This document shows positions 27,389-39,900 of a stretch of DNA of 64,000 nt, piece by piece (positions within the stretch are counted from its first letter, which is position 1; every line of letters begins with the position of its first letter). Both the position numbers and the translations under genes were made by a program. The stretch is from Octopus sinensis (taxonomy: Eukaryota). The notes under the pieces were generated by a model. That model saw only the letters and a list, made by a program, of their open reading frames with translations, was not told the origin of the DNA and searched no databases. Location of the stretch: positions 94,984,001 through 95,048,000 of the forward strand of contig NC_043002.1 in the NCBI RefSeq assembly GCF_006345805.1. Direction: 5' to 3'.

Positions 27389-28440
27389 TGTGTATGTATG
27401 TATATCTCAGTCTGGTTTATAATGCAGTAAAATGTAAATGTTTGTGATAAAACCACTAGAAAGGTGCTTTATGAATAAAATGTCTCAAGATGTTTGTTCT
27501 GCATCACTTTAAATAGATTCTTGACACTCTTAGCACCATGAAATATACAGTGAATCAGTGATTGGCCTGTTGAAAACTTGTGAGCAACAATTTTATTGTT
27601 TGCAATTGAGTTTTCTGTTTGTAATATAAAATAAATGTAATATTTTAGAAAAAAATTTTAGCCTATCATCTGATTTCTTTTTTGTTTAAACTGTTTTACT
27701 TATGTCATTATTTGGAATGAACAGTTAGTAACAGAAGTAAAACAACTGATGCTGGTCTTTATGAAAAAAAAAAAAGAATAAGAGAAAAGAAAATACCCAG
27801 TTATTTCATTTTTGTTTAACAAGTTTGTATTAAAGTTCTCATTCATTCATTTTCAATGATTTAGTCAAGAGAAAGAAGATACACCCATGACATTCATAAA
27901 TCATCCAAGACTAATGAGATCGATAGGGTTAATGTTTGATCTGAACATCTGTCAGTCAGTCATTGTCTGCAAGGAAATATGTGGTAGGAGGAGATTCTAG
28001 ACAATTGATCTTCTGGGGGAAGGAAATGAGATAATGGTTAGTGGAGACCTTGGAGGAAGGAATGAGCACGGGTCATAAAATGAGAGACAAGTAGTGGAGA
28101 TACAGATGGAAGTTGTAAATAACTAACTAGCTCTGAGGGAGCAGAGACTATTGTAGAAGAGGTACATGAGGAGATAATGTGTCTGGACCAGATGCTGGAG
28201 TGTGTTGATAAGTGAATTCTTTGCCAGTCAGCAAGATAACTTTGTTTTGGATGTGATCTTCAATGCTTTTACATATAACAACAACAACAGTAGCACTGTC
28301 CCAAATATGTGACTGGTATTCAATTGCGGGTCTCAGTTGAGCTCTGGAAAAGAGTCATTAGCTACTTGAGGCTGAAGTATTTTCTGAACCTGAAGAGGAA
28401 AGCCAGTTTTTGGGGTTTCAGTTTTGGTTTTGCTAAAGAT

Positions 28441-29036
28441 GGTGCAGGAGTGGCTGTGTGGTAAGTAGCTTGCTTACGAACCACATGGTTCTGGGTTCAG
28501 TCCCACTGCATGACACCTTGAGCAAGTGTCTTCTACTATAGCCTTGGGCCAACCAAAGCTTTGTGAGTGGATTTGGTTGACGGAAACTGAAAGAAGCCTG
28601 TGACCTCGTGTGTACCGTTGGTGATTTTTTTCCCTCTGTCTTCCCTTCTCTGGATCTTTCCTTCTCCTATGTTTCCGACGAAGAGCTCCGCTCGAAACGT
28701 TAAACCCTCCTTCTTTCCTGAGCGTCCAATAATACTATATTTGTTCCACGTCCTCGCATTGTTGTGTTTTTTTTTGTGCTTTCTTGTTTGGATTAACTAA
28801 CTATATATATGTATATATATATATGTGTGTATGTTTGTGTGTCTAATTTTGTCCCCCAACATCACTTGATAACCAATGCTGGTGTGTTTATGTTCCCATA
28901 ACTTAGCAGTTCGGCAAAAGAGACCGATAGAATAAGTACTAGGCTTACAAAGAATAAGTCCTGGGGTCGATTTCATCTAAAGGCAGAGCTCCAGCATGGC
29001 CACAGTCAAATAACTGAAACAAGTCAAAGAGTAAAA
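28441..29036 (+). mobile_element. SINE family A interrupted at about 28599-28800
   Basis: Head ggtgcaggagtggctgtgtgg and tail gaaacaagtcaaagagta, with a foreign segment at the internal TA tract. Confidence 0.85.
28671..28705 (+). ncRNA. Minimal type I hammerhead-like motif in a probable Penelope-like fragment (28599-28800)
   Basis: gttt-CCGACGA-a-gagc-tcc-gctc-GAAA-cg-TT-aaac: stems I and II, palindromic acgt stem III, one core deviation (C for U4). Confidence 0.55.
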
Positions 29037-29960
29037 GAGATGTGAGATTGCCATGAGTGCTCATCATAGATTGTGAAGCGACTTTGAGAAGTTTTTAGGT
29101 TTGCTGCCCAAGACCAGAAATCGCATGGCCTAAGATTATTCCTATGATATATGTCTAGTGATTGTTTTGTCATCTCCATTGAGAATGTTTTCAATATATC
29201 TGTTTAAGGAGACAGTGCAGTTTGACATGAAGTGGTGGCTGGGTTGTGTGTGAATGATGTCTGTATTTGGATGGTGGAGAGGAGTGAAGAAAGGTGTCAT
29301 AGGTGCAAGCAGTCTGAAAGATGACAGCAAGTAGGTTAATGTACAAGAGGAGGAAGAGTTGGTGGAGTGACGTAACCAAAACTGTGAATCAGTGAGACCC
29401 ACCTCTACATGTGCCTTCTACTGATAGCATGATCTGACAGAAAGCCTCCAGTCAAAGAAATGAAGGAGAGATGAAGCCAATACATGGACAATTTAGCTAT
29501 AATAAAATTATTGTGCTGCATGCTTTCAGCTGCTTTGCTAAAATACAGTGTTGTAGAAAAATAGCCTTTATTGAACTTTACAAATGTAAGGAACAGTGAG
29601 TGACAAGGCAGAGTTCCCATTAGATCTGCTCTATGGAGGACATATTAAAGACTACTAAGAGGGGTGGAGATACAAGGTGGTGGAGAGGCTTATTCTTTTG
29701 AAGTTGTTTTCATCACTATTGACATTTGGAAGTGAAAGCACTAGGTTGATAATTGGTCATGTCATGAACTTGTCTTAAGGGTGGAACTCACTGTGGAATA
29801 TTTCCATGGATTCTGTAGAGAAAAGAAAAATTGAAGTTATTGGTAAATATATGGGCTAGCTCTGATGGTTGGTATTTAAGGGTTGGCAAATATATGCACT
29901 AGCTATTGAGCACAGCTTTTGGAGCTATGCAAGGAATATATGGACTTTTTTGTTTAAGGC

Positions 29961-30779
29961 AACAGTGAGTTTGGCTGCCAGTATTTCAAAAATTAAAGTT
30001 TATTGAAAATTTTAAAATTTTGTACATTAATATACTTTTCCAAGCTGAATTGCTGGAGTTATTTCACTTTTTCCAGAAAAATATTTTTGATCATTTTCAC
30101 CCAGTCAAAAAACAGGATTTGGAAGCTGTCATTTTATGCATGACTGCACATTTTGTCATCAACATCCTGAAAATAGTATGTGTTGTCAAGAAAGAGTAAA
30201 AACATAACTTTTGTTTTAAGCATTGCGATAGCATGAACTTAAAAGATTTATCCAAAAACGTTATTTAGCTGTTATTTTTTAGCACACCTCAATGACAAAA
30301 AGAAACAAGTAAACAACACATCTTTTCTAAAATAGCACATTACAAATTAGATATTTTTAAAACACAAACATTTTATTGACCAGTTCATTGAAAACAAAAG
30401 TTAGAAATGCATTCAATCAGTTTCTCAAACAAATCACAATAAATTTACATGTTCAATTTTCAACAGATAGGTAGAATTTCCAGATATTTAAAACAGTAGA
30501 ACACACCATCAACAAGTGGTTTCAATATATTTGTCAACAAGTGCTTTCTTGCAGACAAATGAGTTCTCATGCTCCACTGGAAACAGGCATGAATATATCT
30601 GTGGCTAACAATTGGCTAAAATTATCTAAAATTTTCAAACTTTAATTGCTAATATCTCTTTATTTATTGATTTATAGCAAAATTGGTTTGCATGTCATTC
30701 TCCAGCCTATAAAAGTATATCATTACACTGAATATGAAATGAATTCAAACAATTGATACTGGCAGCCAAACACACTATG
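29961..30779. mobile_element. Non-autonomous DNA transposon with about 22-bp TIRs
   Basis: aacagtgagtttggctgccagta / tactggcagccaaacacactatg; no clean TSD. Confidence 0.65.
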
Positions 30780-31091
30780 ACCCCTTGGGATCCATGTAAG
30801 GTTTTGGGGGTCAACGCAAGCAAGATAGTAAATTAGGTTCACAATAATATTTCATGGGTCCATGAAAAACTTCTGCTTTAGATTATTTATTGCAAGAAAA
30901 AACTAGGTTTCTTTCTCTGATGTCTTACAGAATTCAACCTACACAAGTGAATATGTGATAAGCAAAATAAGAATTTTAAAAGAAGGGTCTATAAAACTAG
31001 TTTTTAAGTATCAAATGGCTATGGGGGTCCACCAGAGTAAAATAGCAATCAAAGGGATCTATAGATAAAAAAAAATGGTTGATAAGCTCTG
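30780..31091 (-). mobile_element. hAT-like element fragment, same family as 25264-26263
   Basis: aaatggctatgggggtccac...caaagggatc is approximately the reverse complement of 25615-25664. Confidence 0.6.
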
Positions 31092-32941
31092 GTTTAAAGG
31101 AAACAAAAGTGTTATATATCTGATGGGTATGTCTATAGTGGTGAAAATGGGAAGTATAGATGGAAAGTTTTGTGTGTTGTAGAGCTGGAAATAAAGTGAG
31201 TAGTTATTGTGGGAGCTTTCTCAAGAGGAGTGCTGCTTATTTAGGTTGAGGAATATTGAGTAGAAACATTTCCACAAATTTGATAAAGACTCTCTTGTCA
31301 ACAGACCAAAAGAACTGATTGTAGTTTGATTGATGGGAGAGCTTGCAGGGCTGATGCATATTTGACCAATGATAATGTAATACTGGTGGAGCTCTGATTA
31401 ATTAACTGACATGAAGTGTTGGTATCCCACAGTTTGTAAATTCAAATTGGGTGTATGTGATGTATTAGGAGCAGAGATGGCACTGGCTTGGTAGCAGCTA
31501 GGTTTAGGGGTGGGAAAGAGATCAAGCATTTTGCAGTGTCTGTGTATATCGAAAAATAACATGAGATGATGATACTAACAGTTAGATGATATTACTGAAT
31601 GGGAAAAGATTCACCATCTGCCCTAGTAGTGTCAGTGTGAGAGGAGTGTGAGAGACAGGAAGAGTTGTGAGCATTGAAGTCACTGAGGACATTTACTTCA
31701 AAGTGAACTAATGCAAGATACATATTCTCAATGCAGGATGAAAGTTAGTTAAACGGTTATTGGTGGTGGTGGTGTATGTGGTGGTGCTTAGAGGAATTCA
31801 GTGTGATAGAGGTGGCAAAGGAATTTAGAGGAATAAGGAAGGCAGAGGTTGAACCAGAATAACTGGAAACCTTTGTTGCTGATATTGAGGTAAATGATGT
31901 GGAGAATGAATTCTTCATTTACACAGATGTCACCTTTCAGTTTCAGTGCAAAGTTAGAATATAGAACCAGGATAACAGAGGTGAGCTTTAAGAGGTAAGG
32001 GGTGAGAGATTTGTATTTTCAAAGGGAACAGGATGTATAACTTCTGTGGTAGCAATAGGCTTCAAATAATAAACATACACATGCTGAAGATACTGTGAAC
32101 CAGTATTGTAGATGGTAGCTGTTGATATTTACAAAAAAATCTTGAATTTGTAGTATGATGTTATTCTTCGCAAAATTTATCAAGAATGAGTCCTGGCTTT
32201 TGGTTTTCATAGAAAGATAAAAAAAAAATATACGTTTTACAACACCGGCATCACAGATATTGGGTTAAAATTTTCAGAAAACTATATGGCTTGGTTTTGC
32301 ACAAAACTAGTTTAAATTAAATTTAAGATTAAAGGCTAATTAGAGAATTATTACACAAGTTTCATTAGATGTTTATTTATTAGCAATCAAGTTTTAAAAT
32401 GCTTATTTAAAAAAAAATATTCATCTAAATAATTATAATATTGTATGCTTTTACATTTAGCTATACAATGGGGAAATAAATATATTTCAGGTCCTCATTT
32501 ACAGAGCTGGTGATGATATTTATGCAGCCTTCAAAGCTTTGATGTCATTATTATAATTATAATATGGTATAAAAAGTAATAATTGATAATTAACAAAGTA
32601 TTACTTCATTAAAAGACAGGGGGAGGGAGAGAGAGATGGAAGGGGAGAGGGAGAAGGAGAGAGAGTGAGGTGGAGAGAGAGAGGTATCACGTATGAGTTG
32701 TAGTTTAGCCTCCAGGTCAGCCCTGATTGAGCAAAAGCTTTCCAACTGTGACCATTCCATACTTTTCTAGGCATTATGTAACATGGAAAATATTGCCAGT
32801 GTGCCTTTCTTTCTAAGAATGTGGGGTATGTTTTAATAGAGATTTAGCTGTTATTTCTACTAGGTTGAATGAAAATGTAGAGGTTCACCATTGACTCGTA
32901 TCTTTATTAATCAACTAGAAGAGGAATGGCAATATTGATGA

Positions 32942-33171
32942 GTGGCGAATTGGCAGACACGTTAGCGCACCGGGCGAAATGCTTAGCAGTATTTCGTCTG
33001 CCATTATGTTGTGAGTTCAAATTCCGCCAAGGTCGACTTTGCCTTTCATCCTTTCGGGGTCAATAAATTAAGTACCAGTTACGCACTGGGGTCGATGTAA
33101 TCGACTTAATCCCTTTGTCTGTCCTTGTTTGTCCACTCTATGTTTAGCCCCTTGTGGCTAGTAAAGAAATA
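32942..33171 (+). mobile_element. Full-length tRNA-derived SINE family D with 11-bp TSD
   Basis: B-box-like gagttcaaattcc; central gcctttcatcctttcggggtcaataaattaagtaccag (Meta-domain-like, from memory). TSD aatattgatga at 32931-32941 and 33172-33182. Decayed copies at about 8200-8430, 10210-10410 and 21490-21690. Confidence 0.88.
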
Positions 33172-33427
33172 AATATTGATGATCCTTTTACAGAGTCTCC
33201 AAGAGAAGTAAATAGAAGTTGCTCTCAAATTGGAGACCCAACCTGAATAAATACAACAGAGTAGACTTTGCTAAAGAACACAAAGGGCAGAGAGTGGTGT
33301 TAAACTGAGCAATGGCTTAAATCTGTTACAGAAAAATAGGAATGTTCCCTCCAATGAGCTTTAACACAAGGTTTGAAATTTTAGGGGAGAAGGCTTGTTG
33401 ATTACATCAATGCCAATTGCTCAACTG

Positions 33428-33733
33428 TGGAGGCACATGACCTAGTGGTTAGAGTAGTGGACTCTCGGTCGAGGGATTGCGGGTTCAAATCTCAGACTGG
33501 GCGATGCGTGTGTTTATGAGCAAAACACCTAAGCTCCACACGGCTCTGGCAGAAGGTAATGGCGAACTTCTGCTGACTCTTTCGCCACAACTTTCTCTCA
33601 CTCTTTCCTCCTGCATCTTGCAGCTCACCTGCGACAGACCGGCGTCCCGCGTCCAGGTGGGGAACCTATATGCCAAGAAATCGGGAAACCGGCCCTTATG
33701 AGCCAGGCATGGCTCGAGAAGGAACAAACAAAA
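33428..33733 (+). mobile_element. SINE (family C-related) with 13-bp TSD, inside a decayed minus-strand family D SINE
   Basis: TSD aattgctcaactg at 33415-33427 and 33734-33746. Confidence 0.85.
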
Positions 33734-33934
33734 AATTGCTCAACTGGTACTTATTTTATCTTTATTGACTCTGAAATGAAGAAAGGCAAAGTCAACTTCA
33801 GCAAAATTTGAAATCAGAACATAAAGATGAACAAAATGCCACTAAGCATTCAGTCCAGTATGCTAACCATTCTGCCAGTTCGCTGCCGTTTTTGCTTACC
33901 TAATTTAAGACCAAAGACTTTCTCTCTTTCTCTT

Positions 33935-34745
33935 TCTCCAGTCATTTGACTGTGGCCATGCTGGAGCACCGCCTTTAGTCGAGCAAATCGACCCCAGGGC
34001 TTATTCTTTGTAAGCCTAGTACTTATTCTATCGGTCTCTTTTGCCAAACCGCAAAGTTACGGGGATGTAAACACACCAGCATCGGTTGTCAAGCGATGTT
34101 GGGGGGACAAACACAGACACACAAACATATACACACAAAAGCATATATATATATACGATGGGCTTCTTTCAGTTTCCATCTACCAAATCCACTCACTAGG
34201 CTTTGGTCAGCCCGAGGCCATAGTAGAAAACACTTGCCCAAGGTGCCATACAGCGGGACTGAACCCGGAACCATGTGGTTCATAAGCAAGCTACTTACCA
34301 CACAGCCACTCCTATGCCTTAGTCACTAAGAAATAATTTATCTTTTATCTTTTGCTTGTTTCAGTCATCAGACTGTGGCCATGCTGGGGCACCACCTTGA
34401 AGAATTTTTAGTCGAATGTATCAACCCAAGTACCTTTTTTTTTTTAAGCCTGGCATGTATTCTGTTAGTCTCTAAGTTATGGGGGATGTAAATGCACCAG
34501 CACCGATTGTCAAGCCATGGTGGAGGGACAAACACAGACACAAATACACACACACATACACACACGTAGTTATATACATATATACATATATACACATACA
34601 ACTGTTTCTGTCCACCAAATCCACTCACAAGGCTTTGGTCAACCCAGGTTTATAGTTGAGAACACTTGCCCAAAGTGCCATGCAGTGGGACTGAACCTGG
34701 AACCACATGGTTGAGAATCAAGCTTCTTACCACACAGCCACACCT
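33935..34745 (-). mobile_element. Two adjacent family A SINEs (33935-34318 and 34345-34745)
   Basis: Each is the reverse complement of the 23603-23997 pattern. Confidence 0.85.
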
Positions 34746-35326
34746 GTACCTGGAATTGCAGAACGTTCTTGGTCTAGATGCCACAAATTAGAATTAATCT
34801 GCAAAGAAGTTGTTCCAAAACAAACATCTTAACCACACAGTTATGCCAGAAGTTTTCATTAGAAATGTGTTAGAATGCAGGCACAAAGCATCTACAGAAC
34901 GATACAGTTGAGTCAGATTAACTACTATAGCTCTGGTTGACTGCTACCAGGTCTTAAGTATACTACGTTAATTCCATTGCATCTGTCTGAGACACTGCTT
35001 GAAAAAATGGAATATTTTAGAAGGTATACATGCAGAAAAAGATAGGGAAACCCATACGGACTCTTACACTATGCTCTCACTTCTTTCTAATGTTAATTCT
35101 TTAAAGTAACAGATGTGCTTTGAGATTTTCTTTCTACATGAGACATTAAATGAAACCAATATGAAGCAATAAAAGAAAGTAGCAATATTATGTAGGAAGA
35201 ATGAGCTCAATAGCCTTTGGTCAACTGGCATTCTTGATGCGAATAAACTTAACTTTATTGCCAGTAGATTAGCCTCAGATCTCTCTCACATATTCACAAA
35301 CACATGCACACACATCACCATCATTA

Positions 35327-35875
35327 TCTATTATATAAAATCCATTCTGTCTGTCTGTCTGTGTGTGTGGCTTCTAGGATCTCAGGCATCCTCCATCCAA
35401 TTGAGCTCAAATTTGATATGTAGATACCGACAGTATCAGAGTGTGTATAAGTCTTGAAAAAATTACAAAAATCGATTCCAGGTGAGAATGCGATCGATAA
35501 AGCCGTTTTTGTCCTACTTTTCTTCCGTCAACCTGTACATAACTGCACCTTCCATTATTTGTTGTTTTTGTACTGCTGAAAGGCACGTTTCTTTCCTGCC
35601 AAGCTTACTGTTTAAACCATGTTTGTGTTCTCCCAGTCAACAGCCTTATCATTACTGGTACTTTAAACTCTTCAGTTGCATATTTGTGTGAATAAAATCG
35701 TTTTTCTTTGGAATAGAAAAGAAGTCTATCTTTATTTCTTCTTTTGCTGGTGTCTCAAATTTAGGTTAAATCAGTGTTTCTCAAAGGGGAGGCCTATGGG
35801 ACAGTTGGACAAGTTTTGAGAAAATTTGGTTTAAATGTTTGATAACTCAGCATTGGACAGGGGGCATTTTGCTCA

Positions 35876-35910
<35 letters not shown>

Positions 35911-36248
35911 ATGGTATATTCTGTTACAAACATAGTAGAGTACAGTATAAAACTCATCCACCTTCAGATTTACCCTGTGCTATCCAGTAGTAGTATTATG
36001 CATTTTGGCATCTGTCGTGTGTGAATAGGTAACTGAAAAAATTGGAGTCAACAAGAAGGGGTACGGTTGAACATTTATTTTTAATCACTACAATTGTTTC
36101 CATGTAATGGAGAACTATGTTGCGCGGAAACAATTGTTGTGATTAGAAATAAATGTCCAACTGTACCTCTTCTTGCTGATTTCAATTTTTTCAATTATAT
36201 ATCTATACTAGCATTAAAGACCCGTCGTTGCCGGGTCATAGTGCTAGT
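35327..36248 (+). mobile_element. Helitron-like non-autonomous element; 3' limit ambiguous
   Basis: 5' tctattatataaaatccattctgtctgtctgtc; hairpin gacccg...cgggtc then CTAG|T at 36244-36248. Confidence 0.5.
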
Positions 36249-36377
36249 GCATGTATATATGTGTATATATATGTGTACATATTACATGTACATCTATATA
36301 TATACATCTACACATAAAATACAAAATACAAAGTTATATCTTGATATCGCTAGTGATAACAATACTCAAAATATATA

Positions 36378-36699
36378 ACAGACTGGAATTGTTATCCCGT
36401 CTCTTGTAATTTCGATCAATTGTATCTTGTCCTCCCTCTTGTATAGAAGTGTGGCTACAATCCAGCCTACCTCTACTTCGGGGAGGGGGGGGGGCATTAA
36501 AAAATTTTTTTCCAGGACGTCCTACGCCTCAGATATAAAGGTAAAAATAAAATATTTCCACTTTGTAAGTTCGAGTCGAGTACTCCCTTGCATGCTCCGT
36601 TGACTCAAACCTTGCTTCTATTGTGGCGAATTTACCGTCTCTGATTAGATACCTTTCATAGTTGCACCAAGACACTTTTCAATGGTGCTTTCCTCCATG
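36378..36699 (-). pseudogene. Element C: decayed L1/Tx1-type ORF1, downstream part (insertion target)
   Basis: Manual minus-strand translation across frameshifts gives MEESTIEKCLGATMKGI / RDGKFATIEARFES / SGNILFLPLYLRRRTS / PEVEVGWIVATLLYKREDKIQL. This is collinear with B ORF1 (IEEKKIEFCL, RYGTVEVRF, ENIVLLPLYREKRTS, PPEADAECLVAAV). Confidence 0.8.
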
Positions 36700-36947
36700 C
36701 TGTTTTATTATTACCCACAAGGAGCGAACATAGATGGGACAATACAATCTGATGATGGGGTCAGACACACAAATGGGTTTTTACAATAAAACGAATTTAA
36801 AAATTTTCATGAAATTACAATAAATGGACAGAAATCGAATGATGTAACAGACCGGAAGACATTACGGGTGGAGTGGGTGCGGGTTTAGCTCGGACCCCAC
36901 GAGCCCCGCCTCCCCACTGATACTTTTGGTTACGCTTGGTCTTACAT

Positions 36948-39900
36948 TTATGTTGTATCATTCACTCGCAACTTTCGTGCTACATCTTTCCATCGTTCTT
37001 CATACACTCTCCTAGTCAGGCATATTCTCTCCAGCCCTATCTTCCTTTTCAGGTGAAAGATGAAATAATTCATCAAACCAGGGCCGGAGATGAACTTGCC
37101 TGACTGTAGACCTTTCATTCTCGTCTTCCATATCACCTCTTTCGCAATTGCTACTACAACGAGAAAACGAAACTTACCTTCATTCATGAGGAAATCCGGT
37201 GGGTCAATTTTTGTAATCGACTCAGTCGACAGCTGTACTCTTCGTGTACCTGACAACAGCTGTTCGGCATAAACCCACACCTCAGACACGTCCGGACAAT
37301 GAACAATAGCGTGCGGGACGGTTTCCCTATCCCGCCCGCATCTTGGACATATCGGACTGTCTTGGCCACCGTGCCTTGCGAGTTTATCCCGAACAGGTAG
37401 AGCTCCTCTGTAGCATTGCCATGCCAGAGACTTCTGGAAGTTGTCCAGTGTCCTCGGCTTGAACGTACGTTGGAACAGACTGGCCAGCTGATTATCGTCG
37501 AGACCTAGGGTTTCCCCCAAGGTATCTTCACATTCCGCCTCTACCAACCCTCTATAGAAGAATGTGGTGGAACCCCCACCGCAGGCGTTGCCCGAGCGAC
37601 GGAATAGCAGGAGAGCCTTGCGACACTCCGTGTACCAAGTACCAAGTTTCGATCTACGATTCAGCCAGGTTTCCCATCCACCGAAACTAGTGAACTTGGG
37701 AAACATCAGTTTTGCTAGCGAGACCACACCCGTTCACCATCCAGGTAGAGCCACAGATGTCTTAACCTCAGCGCATGTCTGCGCATCATCAGCCAAGGCA
37801 TCCCTAGCCCACCCTTTAACGGTTGTTGACAGCAAGTAGAGCGTTTCACAAGTGGTTTCCCGCCCTTCCACAAGAAGTAGAAGAGCTGTCTTTCCAACTT
37901 GATCAACCACGAATCAGGGCAAGGAACGACGGAAAGGCGGAAGGTGATAACCGATGCGATAAACACATTGGCCACTTCCGCCCTCCCTTTCAGGGATAGC
38001 CACCGCCAAGACCAGGTCTTGGCTACTGCAGCCACCTTGCTCGTTACCTCGCCCCAATTCTTCTCTATTTGGAGGTCTGGACCGAACCAGACCCCTAGCA
38101 ATTTAATCGGACCCTCCGTCCAACGTCCCACGACGCTGTCAGGAGGCATCGACTTGCCTCTCCAGGTGCCGAGTTGCAAGCCGACTGACTTTTCGCGATT
38201 AACTTTTGCTCCTGTCACCGTCTCGTAAACCTCTATGGCCTTGCCTACTTTACATAGGTGGTCCATTTCGGTTACGATGATGGTGATGTCATCCGCGTAC
38301 GCTGACACTGATTTTCCATTACCTGGCTGTCTCGGGATGCCGCTCAGTTTTCGCAGTAATGGCTCTAGAGCCATCACGTACAAAAGCGGGGAGAGCGGAT
38401 ACCCTTGACGAACCGAGCGTTTGATTTTGAACGGCTTCGACAAGAAGCCATTCACCCGAACTACCGAGTCGATGTTATCATAAATTTGGATAATCCACCT
38501 GAGGAAGCCAAGGCTCAGCCCGAACTGTGCCAGGGCAGATACCAGGTAACGATGGTCGACCCTATCAAAAGCTTTAGATTGGTCTAAATGGACCAGTGCC
38601 CCACCCTTGCCAGAATCACTATTAAACCCCTCTATAGTGTACCGCATTAGATGGAGATTATCCTGAATGGATCTGCCCGGAACGGCACATGTCTGTGCCC
38701 CTCCGATCAGACCATCCGCGACACGCGCCAATCTTTTCGATAACACTTTGGCCAAAATCTTCAACTCTGTGTTTAGCAGAGTGATGGGCCTGAAATTATC
38801 AATGCACTCCCCCTTGCTCGGGTCCTTTCTGACGAGAGTCACTACTCCCCGGCACACAGATCTGGGTATAAGCCCGTTCTGCTGCCAGTTCGCATAGACC
38901 TCCGCCAGTAGGTGCCCGAACAAGTCTGGCATACTCTTATATAACTCATAGGGTAGACCATCCAAACCCGGCACCTTGCCCGCGCTGCAGTCCACCATTG
39001 CCTCAACCACCTCCTCAGGTGTGATTGGCCCTTCACAGCCCTCCGCATCTCGCCCCAATAAGCGCAGCAGCCCGTCGAGTAGGTCCGTAAAGGCCCTCCT
39101 CCTATCCAGTCCGCCGCACTCACCGAAAAGCTGAGCGAAGTGCTCCTGAAAGGCCTCACACATCTCCTCGGGTTCGTTTATCATCTCACCTTGTTGGTTC
39201 GTCAAATATCGAATCGTGGCATCGTTACCATGCTGTGCTTCCACCACTCGGGCCCATCTCACGGCGTTGATTCCTTCACATCCCATATGGCGGATTCTAG
39301 CCCTGACAATGCAGCCCATGTGTTTGGCCTTGAGGTGCTGGTTTAACACCAGTCTCTTGGACGCCACCTGAGCCGCAGAGCCAGTTTTCATGGCTTCCTC
39401 TAATTCCTTAACTAGAGTAGTTTCCCTTCTAGCCTCTCTAGCCACTACTCCTATGCTATATCTAATAGACTCAAACTTGATGGCTTGTTTGAGGGCGTAC
39501 CACCATTTGTTATTAATGATGGTACCAGATAGTGCCCTCTGAATTATATCCCTAATCCGGTCTTTGTACTCCTTAATCGCCAAAAGGGACGTATTAAGTT
39601 TCCAGTAACCGGATCCTCTATTTTTAACCTTATCTATGTCAAGCTTACAAGTGACCATTTTATGATCACTGTAGCTGATCGGGTAAAACTGTGGACACTT
39701 AGCTATTTTACTGTCTACTTTTCTAATTAGTATTCTATCTAAATATGACCTGGAAGATCCGTTGCTGTTTGACCATGTCCACAATGGAGCGTTCGGAAAT
39801 TCCAGCCTATAAGGATCTGCTAGCTCAAAGCGGCTTAGCAGTTCCATGAAGCCACTGTTACCTTTTCTATCTGGACGCGAGCCAACACAATCTACATCCG

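Larger units (their letters stand above)
27880..32060 (-). pseudogene. Heavily decayed LINE ORF2 (APE endonuclease region) split by younger insertions
   Basis: Reverse complement of 31661-31689 reads L-S-D-F-N-A-H-N-S, a GDFNAH-type motif. Pieces at about 27880-28430, 29040-29860 and 31090-32060; boundaries approximate. Confidence 0.5.

Noticed and set aside
36702-36741. Shared A/B end segment as an LTR or an snRNA/tRNA target
   Set aside because: It occupies the 3'-terminal position in A, B and the SINE and lies inside B's TSDs. I recognise no structural RNA in it.
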